A model generated the notes under the pieces. The model made no database searches, was not told where the DNA came from, and saw only the letters and a program-made list of their open reading frames with translations. Positions 33,801 to 44,296 of a stretch of 64,000 nucleotides of DNA are shown piece after piece. The translations under genes and the position numbers were made by a program. Source of the stretch: Planctomycetota bacterium. Its GTDB lineage: Bacteria; Planctomycetota; UBA1135; UBA2386. Where the stretch lies: assembly GCA_965223545.1 (NCBI GenBank), contig OZ245006.1, forward strand, positions 96,001-160,000. Direction: 5' to 3'. The number at the start of each line of letters is the position of its first letter. The first letter of the stretch is position 1.

Positions 33801-34510
33801 CGCAGATCCAGATCGACCAGTTCTTGGCCGCCGGCGAGTCCAAGTGGGGGCAGCAATGCGGGCTGGTACTGCTGTTGCCCCACGGCTACGACGGCCAGGG
33901 GCCGGAGCACAGCTCGGCGCGCCTCGAGCGCTTTCTGCAGCTGTGCGCGGACGGCAACATGCGGGTGGCCAATCCCAGCACGCCCGCGCAGATGTTCCAT
34001 CTGCTGCGCAAACAAGCGCTCGACGAGGAGAAGAAGCCGCTCGTGGTGATGACGCCCAAGAGCACGCTGCGGCTGCCGGCGGCGAGCTCGCCGATCGAGG
34101 CGTTTGCCGAAGGCGATTTCCACACCGTGCTGGCCGACCCCACGGCGGACCCCGACCAGGTCGACCGCGTCCTGCTGTGCAGCGGCAAGCTCTACTTCGA
34201 GCTGGTCGAGCGCAGGCAGGAGGCGTCTGTCGAGGGCGTCGCGCTGGTGCGCGTCGAACAGCTGTACCCCTGGCCCGCCGTCGACCTCGACGCCGTGCTG
34301 GCCACTTATCCGCGGTCGCGCGAAACGGTCTGGTGCCAGGAGGAGCCGGCCAACATGGGGGCTTGGCCGCACGTCGCGGTGCACACCGACGAGCTGGGCT
34401 ACGTCGGTCGCGAAGCCAGTGCCAGCCCGGCCACCGGCTCGCTGCACCGGCACAAGGCCGGGCAGGCCGAGCTCATCGACCGCGCACTCGGTCTGGCCCG
34501 CGCGGAGTGA
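30866..34510 (+). CDS. kgd: Multifunctional 2-oxoglutarate dehydrogenase/decarboxylase (E2 acyltransferase domain fused to E1; Kgd/OdhA type)
   Basis: N-terminal E2-like domain (SLEVPTATS, TLTNPG.IGT, TYDHRVIQGA) followed by E1 motifs KRFSLEG, GMAHRGRLN, GDVKYH, HGDAAF.GQG, GHNEGD and WEAQFGDF. Start 30866 or 30854. Confidence 0.95.
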   Translation: MSQLQDPAPEGLSSDDFARQFGFSAGYVEKVYADWRAAPESVSEEWRRFFLERSGATAQSAPPASAGAPSVAAPARAPAPDAPATPAREPAADDSGDGSLELIRGVAARIATNMEASLEVPTATSAREVPVVVLEENRRIINEHLAIDRRGKASFTHLVAWAMVRALEQRPAMATSYVLFDGRPHRRSWPVINLGVAADTEGRDGRRSLVVPNLKDVARHDFAEFLAAFNDVIGRARRGKLTPEDFQDTTCTLTNPGMIGTVSSLPRLMAGQAFILATGSIGVPAAYMGASVETLNELGISKVMTVTNTYDHRVIQGAESGDYLALMHQLLVGEHDFYERIFADLGIPHRPYRFTQDRRAAPGSPLREIENMERAAKVMQYIRAYRVRGYLLADLDPLHYEPKTFPELDMSSYGLTIWDLGREFFTGGVTGRPIATLREIRATLHATYCRRIGAEFMHIADPEQKEWLRTRMEGNHNREELPRETVLRVLDKLVEAEAFERFLHTRFVGHKRFSLEGAETLIPALDALLLRAIELGVHRAVMGMAHRGRLNVLAHVLGKPLTRIFSEFEGSLDPALSQGSGDVKYHLGTTGSYRSPDGGALDIELASNPSHLEAVSPVVEGVARGRQLLDDESRDRQGVLPILIHGDAAFAGQGVVSETLNMSQLPGYRTGGTVHIIVNNQIGYTTLPADARSTPYCTDVAKAIQAPIFHVNGDDPLAVVRMVRLALDYRQQFGRDVVVDIVCYRRHGHNEGDEPEYTQPVLYRRIQAHATVREIYQAYLLRAGVLDGDDVRGFDEALDERLRAALDEVRSADPPRPRQPRDPAPPQWAPRSTGVDLDRLQALAEPLFAIPDGFSPHPKLLRLWDRRRQMLAGERGVDFGCGESLAFATLLTQGVPVRLAGQDSGRGTFSQRHAVIVDTETADRHVPLRSLADEQARFLVVDSLLSEEAALGFEYGFAVARPDVLTLWEAQFGDFANGAQIQIDQFLAAGESKWGQQCGLVLLLPHGYDGQGPEHSSARLERFLQLCADGNMRVANPSTPAQMFHLLRKQALDEEKKPLVVMTPKSTLRLPAASSPIEAFAEGDFHTVLADPTADPDQVDRVLLCSGKLYFELVERRQEASVEGVALVRVEQLYPWPAVDLDAVLATYPRSRETVWCQEEPANMGAWPHVAVHTDELGYVGREASASPATGSLHRHKAGQAELIDRALGLARAE

Positions 34511-34535
34511 GGATCCGACCCAAGCAGGGCGCCGG

Positions 34536-35953
<1,418 letters not shown>

Positions 35954-35957
<4 letters not shown>

Positions 35958-37792
35958 CCGGCCGAATCTACCGAAGCCTCGGGCGTCCGGCCACCGGTGC
36001 CGACCTGCTGCCGGTGGTCATCGCCGCTGGCGGTCGCCGCGCGCATCGCCGGCAACGCCGCGTGAAGACTCAACCAACCGTGATCGTGGTGCACCCGCAT
36101 CGAGCCGCCGTGCTCGCGCAGGATCCGCCGGCTGATACTGAGCGACCGAGCGGTCGAGAACACGTCGAGGTCGGGATCGTCCGTCTGGCAGCGGACCGAC
36201 AGCTCGACCAGGTCCCCGCGGTGGCCGCCGCGCGCCAAGCGGACGGCCAAGCCCGCGTCGTGGTCGCGGAGCTGGCGGCTGCACGTCAGCAGGAGGTGGA
36301 CCAGCAGCTGCTGTAGCCGCTGCGGGTTGCCGCGCACCATCAGCTGCTCGGCGCCCAGGTCGAGCTCGCACGCCCGACTCCAGCGCTGGAGCAAGCTGCG
36401 CATCATGCCGAGCACCGCACGGGAGACGACGACGAGGTCGAGCGGCTCGTGCCGCTGCGGTGGACTGTCTTCCACGTAGCCGTGCAGGGCCTCGGCCGCA
36501 CTCTTGATGCGATCGGACGACTGCCGGATGTCGCCGATCAGGGCCCGCACTTCGTCGCGCATCTCTTCGAACGACATGCCGGCGAACGTCGCACCGGCGC
36601 CAACCAGGCGGCCGCGCTCGAGGTGCCCGCACGCGACTTCCCACAGCTTGGCGAGCACATCGGCGCTGAGACGGATGGCGTGGTTGGGGTTGTTGACGTC
36701 ATGCGTCACGGCACGCACCAACGTGCCCCAGGCCAGCACCTTGTCGATCTCGGCGATCTCCTCGCCATCGCGGACGAGTTCGGCGAGCGCCCGGCGCCGG
36801 TCGGTGAGATCGCGATCGATTCCGCGGTAGCCGACGTGGCGTCCGTCGCCGTCGAAGACCGGTTCGAAGGTGCTCTCCACCGGGACCTTGGCGCCCGCGG
36901 CGGTGCGGATCGCGTTGTCGAGGTACAGCAGCGAGTCGCGCGTCGACCGCTGGTTGGCGAGGTGGCCCCGCAGCCGCCTGCCGTAGCCCTCGCCCGCGGC
37001 GGACACGCTGGCGCCGATCAAGTCCTTTGGCGCCCGACCGAGCAGCCGGGCAAACGCGTGGTTGACGTACACGTAGTTGCCGTCGAGGTCGATGCTCCAC
37101 AGCCAGGCGTGACTGCCGGTCAGCGTTGCGGGCCAGGCCATCGAGGTCGGCCCGCGCGACGGTTGCCGGCGCGCCGGCGCGAGGACGTGCGCGACGATCG
37201 ACGCGGCCAGGAGAGCCATCTGCGAGGACCACCGCGCTTCGCCGGCGGCGCCGGGGAGCAGGACCGCGCCGAGCGAAGTACCGATGAGCGCCGCGGCCCA
37301 GGGCCGCAAGCCGCGGCGGCTGGCGAACGCCACGAGCAGTACGACCGCGAAGGCGACCCCGGCCGGGGGCACCGCGGCCCCCGCGGCGGTCACGCCGCAG
37401 ACCACCCCGCCGAGGCCAAAGCCCCAGCGGCGCCAGGGCGAGCCATCGACCCGCGCGAGCGCCAGCGCCGCGAGCGTCCCGACAGCGGCGGCGGCGCCGG
37501 TCTCGACGAAGTTCCGGGTCGCGTGCAGCCAGCCACCCGCTGCGCCCCAGGCCAGCAACCAGGCCACGGCGACCGCGCCCGCCATGGCGCGGGGCGCGGC
37601 GCGCAGTAGGCAGGAGACGACGAGCGGGCCGAGAAAGACCACCGGCAGCCCCAGCAGGCCACCGTCGACGGCCCCCGCCACCGCCCCGCATGCCGCCGCA
37701 CCGAGCAGGGCTGCCGTGGTGGGGCGCACCTGCTCTGTGGTTCGAGGATCGGCCTCGGCAGCGAGTCGGGCAGATTGTGGCGGGAATCGCAC
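35954..37792 (-). CDS. Membrane-bound PAS sensor, histidine-kinase-like with degenerate ATPase domain
   Basis: Several TM helices; PAS (DLDG.YVYVN.AF..LLG...LIG; G..RDLTDR); H-box THDVNNP. N, G1 and G2 boxes not recognisable. Stop overlaps the regulator start. Confidence 0.8.
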
Positions 37793-37843
37793 GGCGTCGG
37801 TCCTTCCGCGCCGAGTCTAACAGTCCGCGCCTCCCGGACGCGG

Positions 37844-38155
37844 TCAGCGCTTCGTCGAGTGGTGGGCGTGCTCGTCGCCCGTGCGCCCGAGCAGGTAGTC
37901 GATGCTCACCCCGTAGGCCTCGGCCAGGCGGTACAGCTGCCGAGTGTTGGGAATCCGAGGATCTTCGCGCGATTCGTATTTCTCCAGCACGGACTTGGAC
38001 ACCCCGGCGGTGTGCGCGGCCACGCGCTGCGACCAGCCGCGGCGGTTCCGCGAGCGGCGCAGGCGCTGCTTGACGAGATCCGCGTCGGGATCGCGCGTGA
38101 CCACCACCGGTCGAGGTGGATTTGCTGGGATGGGGCCCCCTCCATCCATTGGCAT
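37844..38155 (-). CDS. XRE-family HTH transcriptional regulator
   Basis: RLRRSR..RGWSQ..AA..AGVSKS.L.KYE......P....L..LA..YGVSIDYLLG. Exact start uncertain. Confidence 0.85.
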   Translation of the reverse strand: MPMDGGGPIPANPPRPVVVTRDPDADLVKQRLRRSRNRRGWSQRVAAHTAGVSKSVLEKYESREDPRIPNTRQLYRLAEAYGVSIDYLLGRTGDEHAHHSTKR

Positions 38156-38171
38156 TTGTCCTGTTGCTCCG

Positions 38172-38187
38172 TGCAGACTGTGTGCCA
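38172..38187 (-). promoter_or_regulatory. Putative sigma54 (-24/-12) promoter
   Basis: Minus strand TGGCACACAGTCTGCA has GG-N10-GC spacing and lies just upstream of the XRE/kinase/sigma54-activator genes. Confidence 0.6.
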
Positions 38188-38448
38188 TTCGACAGTGCAA
38201 TGACCATGCCGTCCCATGAGCATCGCGTCCCGGCGGAATCAGGAGGCCGATCCTCCTGTGAGCAAGCAAGTTGCGATCGAATCTCAAAGTCGCGATAGGG
38301 CACACGCCCACGTAGCGATTTGTGTCAGGCCCCCCCGGCAACCAGGCTGAACCCACTGAGGCAAAGATAGTTATGCCGTGGACCGCAATGATGCGGTGAG
38401 CACTTTTGAGGCACCGGTTTTCCCCTGAGAATCGCGCCGCGGCCGCGA

Positions 38449-39270
38449 TCAGCGCCCAGCCGCGCGGGCGTGCTCGGCGAGCATCTGGCACAGAATGGCG
38501 ATCCCGCTCGCGCTCAGCATGGTCAGGCCCGGCCACACCAGCAGCTGGTCGATCCACACCAGCAGGGCCAGCTGGCGCACCGAGCCCGGCTCGAGCTCGG
38601 TGGGCACGCGGTCGACGGGGTTGGCGACGAAATCGATGCCGTATACGTCGAAGGAGGTGCCGAGCTGGTTGAGGGTCGCGAACGTGCTCCAGCCCGCGAT
38701 CGGCAAGTGGATCGCGCCGATTGCCAGACTCAGCATGGCCAACACGCGCAGAGTGCCGCGCTGGGTCGCCCCGAGCGCCGCCGCGCCGGCCAGAATCGTC
38801 GGCAGGACCGCCGGCGTGCTGGCAGGCAACCCCGGCAGGTCGAGGCCGAGGGCGAAGGCGCTCGGCGCCGCCAGCTTCTGCATCAACAGCACCAGGGCGA
38901 AGGCGCTGAGGCCCGCGGCGACGGGGCCGAGCAGGGGCGCGCGGCCGACCCCACCGCGCCGCCACAGCACCCAGCCCCAGCCCGCGCACCAGCACGCCGC
39001 CACGGCAGCCCAGCCCCAGCCCGCGGCCTCCACGTGCTCGATGTGGAAGCGCTTGGCCTGCACCTCGGTGTCCACGTACGCGGCGAACGAGCGCCCGATG
39101 TCCAGCGTGCGCCGGCTACCGGCCGCGGCGGCGGCCGCGACCGCGAAGCCGGCGGCGGCCAGGGCGGCGACCGCGGCCGCGACCCGCCGGATCCGGCCGG
39201 CGCGGACGCCCACCGCGAGCGCCGGCAGGAGGAACAACAGCAGGGCCGCAGTGGTCGACGTGGCGCTCAT
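38449..39270 (-). CDS. Hypothetical multi-pass membrane protein
   Basis: Many hydrophobic segments and high GC3 in this frame; no recognised family. Confidence 0.7.
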   Translation of the reverse strand: MSATSTTAALLLFLLPALAVGVRAGRIRRVAAAVAALAAAGFAVAAAAAAGSRRTLDIGRSFAAYVDTEVQAKRFHIEHVEAAGWGWAAVAACWCAGWGWVLWRRGGVGRAPLLGPVAAGLSAFALVLLMQKLAAPSAFALGLDLPGLPASTPAVLPTILAGAAALGATQRGTLRVLAMLSLAIGAIHLPIAGWSTFATLNQLGTSFDVYGIDFVANPVDRVPTELEPGSVRQLALLVWIDQLLVWPGLTMLSASGIAILCQMLAEHARAAGR

Positions 39271-39347
39271 CGGCGGGCGGGATTCTGGCCCCTGGACCCT
39301 GGCGCGGCAAGCGCGCCGATCCGGCCCCGGCATCTCGATCTTCGCCC

Positions 39348-39376
39348 TTGCGGCCCTCCGGTGGCATGGCTAGAGT
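39348..39376 (+). promoter_or_regulatory. Putative sigma70-type promoter for rpmI-rplT-pheST
   Basis: TTGCGG-N17-TAGAGT ending 25 nt before the rpmI ATG. Confidence 0.5.
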
Positions 39377-39401
39377 TCCGCGCCCGATTCCTGGGCCCAG
39401 C

Positions 39402-39599
39402 ATGACGAAGCAGAAGACCAAGAAGGGCGTGGTCAAGCGCATGAAGCTGACCAAGAGCGGCAAGGTGAAGCGCCACAAAGCCTTCACCTCGCACCTGTTG
39501 GTGCGCCGTTCTCGCAAGCGTAAACGCCATCTGCGCGCCGCGACGCTGTGCGTCGGGCGAATCGCGAAGAACATGGCCCTTGCACTAGGGGAGGGCTGA
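39402..39599 (+). CDS. rpmI: 50S ribosomal protein L35
   Basis: MTKQKTKKGVVKRMKLTKSGKVKR..AF.SH.L; directly upstream of rplT. Confidence 0.96.
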   Translation: MTKQKTKKGVVKRMKLTKSGKVKRHKAFTSHLLVRRSRKRKRHLRAATLCVGRIAKNMALALGEG

Positions 39600-39602
39600 T
39601 CC

Positions 39603-39959
39603 GTGCGGGTGACCAATGGACCCGCGACGCGTCGGCGTCGCAACCGAGTTCTCGATCGCGCCAAGGGCTTCCGCGGAGGCCGCTCGCGCTTGTTCCGCAC
39701 CGCCGTCGAATCGGTGGTGCGCGCCGAGGCGAGCGCGTTCACCGGCCGCCGGCAGCGCAAGCGCCAGTTCCGGCGCCTGTGGATCACCCGCCTGAGCGCC
39801 GCCGCGCAGGCGCGCGGAATGCTCTACAGCCGGTTCATCCACGGCTGCCAGAAAGCGGGCGTGCGCTTGAACCGCAAGGAGCTGTCGGAGCTGGCGATCC
39901 ACGACCCGGCCGCGTTCGACAAGGTCTGCGACCTGGCGAAGGCCGCGCTCTCCAGCTGA
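39603..39959 (+). CDS. rplT: 50S ribosomal protein L20
   Basis: AKGFRG.RS, RKRQFRRLWITR, YSRFI and LNRK.LSELAI.D..AF. Confidence 0.98.
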   Translation: MRVTNGPATRRRRNRVLDRAKGFRGGRSRLFRTAVESVVRAEASAFTGRRQRKRQFRRLWITRLSAAAQARGMLYSRFIHGCQKAGVRLNRKELSELAIHDPAAFDKVCDLAKAALSS

Positions 39960-39967
39960 GTCGAGCG

Positions 39968-40990
39968 ATGCTGGACCGCGCGGAGGAATGGCGCGCGGCA
40001 ATCGCGGCTGCCGCGTCCGAGACCGAGCTGAAAGCGGTCGAGAGCCGGTTGTTCGGCAAGAGCGGCGAAGTCCTGGCGCTGGTGCGCTCGGTGTCGTCGC
40101 TGCCGCGCGAGGAGCGGCCGGCGGCGGGGCGCGCCGCCAACACCCTCAAGAACCAGCTGCAGGACGCGCTGCGCGAGCGCGCGGAGCAGCTCGCCGCAGA
40201 GGCGCTGCGCGGCGAGCTGGCGGCGGTCGGCTTCGATCCGACCGAGCCCGGGCCGGTGCTGCCGGCCGGCTCGCTGCACCCGATCACGGTGGTGCAGAAC
40301 GAGCTCGTCGAGCTGTTCGCACAGCTCGGCTTCTCGTGGCAGGACGGTCCGGAGATCGAGTCGGAGTTCTTCAACTACGACGCCCTCAACATCCCCGACG
40401 ATCACCCCGCCCGGGACACCCAGGACACGTTCTGGCTCGAGGACGGCACCCTGCTGCGCACGCACACGTCGCCGGTGCAGGTGCGGAGCATGTTGCGCTT
40501 CCCGCCGCCGCTCAAGGTCATCGCGCCCGGCCGCTGCTTTCGCTGCGAGACCGTCGACGCCAGCCACGAGCACACCTTCTACCAGATGGAAGGTCTGGTG
40601 GTGGACCGGGAGGTCTCCACCGCCAATCTGATCCACACCATGAAGACCTGCCTGCGCGAGATCCTGCGGCGCGACGTCGCCGTGCGCCTGAGGCCGGGGT
40701 TCTTCCCGTTCGTCGAGCCCGGCTTCGAGCTCGACGTCAACTGTCCGTTCTGCAGCGGTGGTGGCTGCAAGGTGTGCAAGCAGTCCGGCTGGATCGAGAT
40801 CCTGCCCTGCGGCATGGTCCACCCCAACGTGCTGCGCGCCGGCGGCCTGGATCCGGAGGAGTTCACCGGCTTCGCCTTCGGCATGGGGCTGCAGCGCGTG
40901 GTGATGCTGCGCTACGGCATCGACGACATCCGCCTGTTCATGGGTGCCGACCTGCGTTTCCTGTCGCAGTTTCGGGAGATCTACTCGTGA
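39968..40990 (+). CDS. pheS: Phenylalanine-tRNA ligase alpha subunit
   Basis: GSLHP, HPARDTQDTF, LRTHTSPVQ, FPFVEP and GFAFGMG. Confidence 0.98.
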   Translation: MLDRAEEWRAAIAAAASETELKAVESRLFGKSGEVLALVRSVSSLPREERPAAGRAANTLKNQLQDALRERAEQLAAEALRGELAAVGFDPTEPGPVLPAGSLHPITVVQNELVELFAQLGFSWQDGPEIESEFFNYDALNIPDDHPARDTQDTFWLEDGTLLRTHTSPVQVRSMLRFPPPLKVIAPGRCFRCETVDASHEHTFYQMEGLVVDREVSTANLIHTMKTCLREILRRDVAVRLRPGFFPFVEPGFELDVNCPFCSGGGCKVCKQSGWIEILPCGMVHPNVLRAGGLDPEEFTGFAFGMGLQRVVMLRYGIDDIRLFMGADLRFLSQFREIYS

Positions 40991-43386
40991 AGCTCTCGCT
41001 GCGCTGGTTGGCCCGCTACGTCGACCTCGACGACTGCTCGCCCGAGCAGGTGCGCGACGACCTGACCATGAGCACGGCCGAAATCGAAGACCTGACGACC
41101 TTCGGCGGCGGCCTCGAGCCACTGATCGTGGGGCACGTCGTCGAGAGCGCGCGCCATCCCGATGCCGACAAGCTCACCGTCAACCGCGTCGATGTCGGCG
41201 GCGAAACCGTGCAGATCATCTGTGGCGCGCCCAACATCGCGCGCGGACAGAAGGTGCCGGTGGTGCTTCCCGGTGGCGTGCTGCCCGGCGGCCTCAAGAT
41301 CAAGAAGGCGAAGATCCGCGGCGTCGAGTCGTTCGGCATGATCTGCTCCGAGCGCGAGCTCGGTCTCTCCGACGAGCACGAGGGCATCATGGTGCTCAAC
41401 GACAGCATCACGCCCGGGATTCGCTTCGTCGATTGCGTCCCCGTCGTCGACCACGTCCTCGAGATCGACAACAAGTCGGTCAACCACCGCCCCGACCTGT
41501 GGGGTCACTACGGCTTCGCCCGCGAGCTCGCGGCGATTCTCGACCGACCGCTGCGCCCGCTGTGGGGCAAGGGGCCGCCGCCCGATGAGGTGCTCCCCGC
41601 CGACGGGCAACGCTGCCCCGTCGAGATCGAGAGCGCGGCCGACTGCCCGCGCTTCACCACGACGGTGTTCGAGAACGTCCCCACGCAGCGGTCGCCGAAT
41701 TGGCTGCGCTGGCTGCTGGCCGCCGTCGAGCAGCGGCCGATCAACTTGGCGGTCGATCTGACCAACTTCGTCATGCTCGAGATCGGCCAGCCGCTGCACG
41801 CGTTCGATTCGCGGCACGTCGACGACGGCGGGATCCGCGTGCGCCGCGGCCGCGAAGGCGAGCAGATGCGCACCCTGGACGGCGCCGATCGGGCGCTGGG
41901 CCCCGACGACCTGCTGGTGACCTCGGCGGACCGGCCGATCGCCATCGCCGGCATCATGGGGGGCGAGGGCTCGGCGATCGCCGAGGACAGCGCGGCGGTC
42001 ATCCTCGAGTCGGCCAACTTCAAGCCCGCGTTGATCCGGCGGACCAGCGCCCGGCTCGGCCTGCGCACCGACGCCAGTGCGCGCTTCGAGAAGTCGCTCG
42101 ATCCCGCGGGAGCGGAGGTCGGTGCCCGGCGCTTCGCCCAGCTGTTGACCGAGCTCTGTCCGCAGGCCCGCGCCGCGGGCCCGCTGGTCGATCCGGCCGG
42201 CTTCGCACCGGAGCCGGTGCGCATCGGTCTGCGCCGCGCGCGCTGCGCCGCCAAGCTCGGCGTCGAAGTCCCCGACGCGCGCATCGAGGCCATCCTGCGC
42301 GGGCTGGAGTTCGGCCTCGAGTCCACGACCGAGGGCTGGCAGGTCACGGTGCCGACCTTCCGGGCGACCAAGGACGTCACCATCGAAGACGATCTGATCG
42401 AGGAGGTCGGGCGGATGTTCCGCTACGACAACATCCCCGAGCAGCCCCTGACCTCGACGGTGTCGGTGCCGCCGCGCGAGCCGCTGCTGGCGCTGACGCG
42501 CGATCTGATGCGGCTTGCCGCCAGCGAGATGGGCTTCCACGAGGTCTACAACTACAGCTTCGCCACCGATGCGATCCTGCGCGCCGCGGGCGCCGAGGAT
42601 CACGAGTACGCCCGCTTGGTCAACCCGGTGGCGCCCGAGGCCACCCGCATCCGGCGCCACGTCATGCCGAGTCTGCTGAGTGGCATCGCCGACAACCTGC
42701 GCCGCACCGACGAGGTCCGCCTGGTCGAGCAGGGCAAGGGCTACCACCCCGAGCACCGCGACGAGCACGGCCTGCCGCGCGAGGTCTGCGAGATCGCGTT
42801 CGCCTGGGCGACGACCGACGGAGACCCCTATCCGCGGCTGCGGTCGGCGATCGCCGGCGTGCTCGAGCGGCTGGGGTTCCCGGTCGAGATGCCGGACAAG
42901 TTCTTGGGCTCGGGGCTGCCCTGGGTGCACCCGGGGAGATCGACGGTTCTGGCCCGCGGCACGCCGGTGGTCGGCTATCTCAGCGCGCTGCATCCGGCGG
43001 TTGCCCGGGGCTTCGAGCTGCCAGCGAGCACGGCGATCGCCTGCGTCGACCTGCGCGCGTTGCTGGCGACCGGGCGCGAGACGCCGCGCTACGCGCCGAT
43101 CGCCCGGTTCCCGAGCCAGCCGGTGGACGTGGCTCTGCTCGTCGACCAGGAGGTCCGCGTACAGGCGGTGGCCGAGTTCCTGCGCGGGGTGCTGCCCAAG
43201 CTGGTCCGCGACGTCGCGCTGTTCGAGGTCTACCGCGGCGAGGGTCTGCCGCCGAGGCAGAAGAGCTTGAACTTCACGGTCACTCTCGGCGCGGCCGATC
43301 GGACCTTGGACGCGCGGGACGAGGAGCGCTATCTGGCACGCGTCCGCGAGCAGGCCGCGTCGGTCGGCGCCACCCTGCGCGGCTGA
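40987..43386 (+). CDS. pheT: Phenylalanine-tRNA ligase beta subunit
   Basis: GTG start overlapping the pheS stop; HPDADKL, CGAPN, S.GMICS..ELG, GQPLHAFD, RFEK and DLIEEV.R. Confidence 0.98.
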   Translation: MKLSLRWLARYVDLDDCSPEQVRDDLTMSTAEIEDLTTFGGGLEPLIVGHVVESARHPDADKLTVNRVDVGGETVQIICGAPNIARGQKVPVVLPGGVLPGGLKIKKAKIRGVESFGMICSERELGLSDEHEGIMVLNDSITPGIRFVDCVPVVDHVLEIDNKSVNHRPDLWGHYGFARELAAILDRPLRPLWGKGPPPDEVLPADGQRCPVEIESAADCPRFTTTVFENVPTQRSPNWLRWLLAAVEQRPINLAVDLTNFVMLEIGQPLHAFDSRHVDDGGIRVRRGREGEQMRTLDGADRALGPDDLLVTSADRPIAIAGIMGGEGSAIAEDSAAVILESANFKPALIRRTSARLGLRTDASARFEKSLDPAGAEVGARRFAQLLTELCPQARAAGPLVDPAGFAPEPVRIGLRRARCAAKLGVEVPDARIEAILRGLEFGLESTTEGWQVTVPTFRATKDVTIEDDLIEEVGRMFRYDNIPEQPLTSTVSVPPREPLLALTRDLMRLAASEMGFHEVYNYSFATDAILRAAGAEDHEYARLVNPVAPEATRIRRHVMPSLLSGIADNLRRTDEVRLVEQGKGYHPEHRDEHGLPREVCEIAFAWATTDGDPYPRLRSAIAGVLERLGFPVEMPDKFLGSGLPWVHPGRSTVLARGTPVVGYLSALHPAVARGFELPASTAIACVDLRALLATGRETPRYAPIARFPSQPVDVALLVDQEVRVQAVAEFLRGVLPKLVRDVALFEVYRGEGLPPRQKSLNFTVTLGAADRTLDARDEERYLARVREQAASVGATLRG

Positions 43387-43478
43387 GCCCTGCGGCACGG
43401 CGCTGACGGTGGACCGACGCCGACGGCACGGTGGCCCGTCGGAAAAACGTTGGTGTGCGCCCTTGCGACAGGCAGGGA

Positions 43479-43555
43479 TGGTAGCGGGACCCGGACTTGA
43501 ACCGGGGACCTATGGCTTATGAAGCCATCGCTCTAACCGACTGAGCTATCCCGCC
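43479..43555 (-). tRNA. tRNA-Met (CAT), probably elongator, with encoded CCA
   Basis: GGCGGGATAGCTCAGTCGGTTAGAGCG-ATGGC-TTCATAA-GCCAT-AGGTC-CCCGG-TTCAAGT-CCGGG-TCCCGCT-ACCA folds as a 77-nt cloverleaf. It lacks the initiator's three G-C anticodon pairs. Confidence 0.95.
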
Positions 43556-43889
43556 GCGAAGGCCGCGGATTCGACCAAAACCGGCCTGGGAAGGCAAGAT
43601 CAGGGCAGGACAGAGTTGCCCCGAATCACCGCTCTCGACCCCGGCGACGGTCCCGGCGGCAGGAGCTCGCCGCGGGAAATCGGTTCGAACGCGCGCCCTT
43701 GGCATGAAACTTCCAAGGGACTACGGGATAGAGGATGTGCCGCGGATTGCATGGGTTCGCGGCACGAGACGAGGTGGGTTCCCTGGCTGGAATTCTTCTC
43801 CCCTGATTCTTCTCTGACTCCTCCTGATCCTTCTGAATCCGAGAGTACACCGTTCCAGCCAGGGGACCGTTTTTTCTCCGTGACGACCG

Positions 43890-44183
43890 TCAGCCCTCGC
43901 CTGTGGGGCCTCCGCCGGCGAACACGCGGCGCTGCAAGTCGCCGCTGGCGTCCGCGGCGCGGAGCTGGTCGAAACCGCCGAGCGGCGCGCCGTCGATGAC
44001 GATGAGGGGCACGGTCCGGTGGTTGGGGAGCAGCGCCTCGGTGACCGCTTGCCGGTCGGGGTGGTTGTCGAGGAAGACCTCGTCGTAGCGGATGCCCCGC
44101 TGATCGAGGAAGGCCGCCGCGGCAACGCAGAATGGGCACATGCGGGTGCGGTAGACCTGAACTTCGGCACTCTGTTCTGGCAT
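43890..44183 (-). CDS. Glutaredoxin (Grx3-like)
   Basis: CPFC active site, TVP.I.I and GG.D.L. Confidence 0.93.
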   Translation of the reverse strand: MPEQSAEVQVYRTRMCPFCVAAAAFLDQRGIRYDEVFLDNHPDRQAVTEALLPNHRTVPLIVIDGAPLGGFDQLRAADASGDLQRRVFAGGGPTGEG

Positions 44184-44296
44184 CGGATCGGCGGGTCGTT
44201 CGCGAACCGCGGCACAAGCCGCGCGCTGCTGTTTGTTCGGACAGGGTAACGGCGCGCTTGACCGACCTCACCCCTCTTGGTTACGGGGAATGGCGA

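Noticed and set aside
39548..40986. Long N-terminal extensions of PheS and PheT in the ORF track (also ThrS, MBL, PhzF, XRE)
   Set aside because: They overlap neighbouring genes; homology begins at the downstream starts reported.
43479..43555. tRNA as initiator Met or Ile2, or as an integration site
   Set aside because: It lacks initiator determinants and its acceptor stem resembles elongator Met (Ile2 not fully excluded). No duplicated 3' end or integrase is nearby.
43700..43716. Sigma54 promoter TGGCATGAAACTTCCA
   Set aside because: The -12 element is CC rather than the near-invariant GC, and the sequence is also part of a CCCTTGG/CCAAGGG hairpin.
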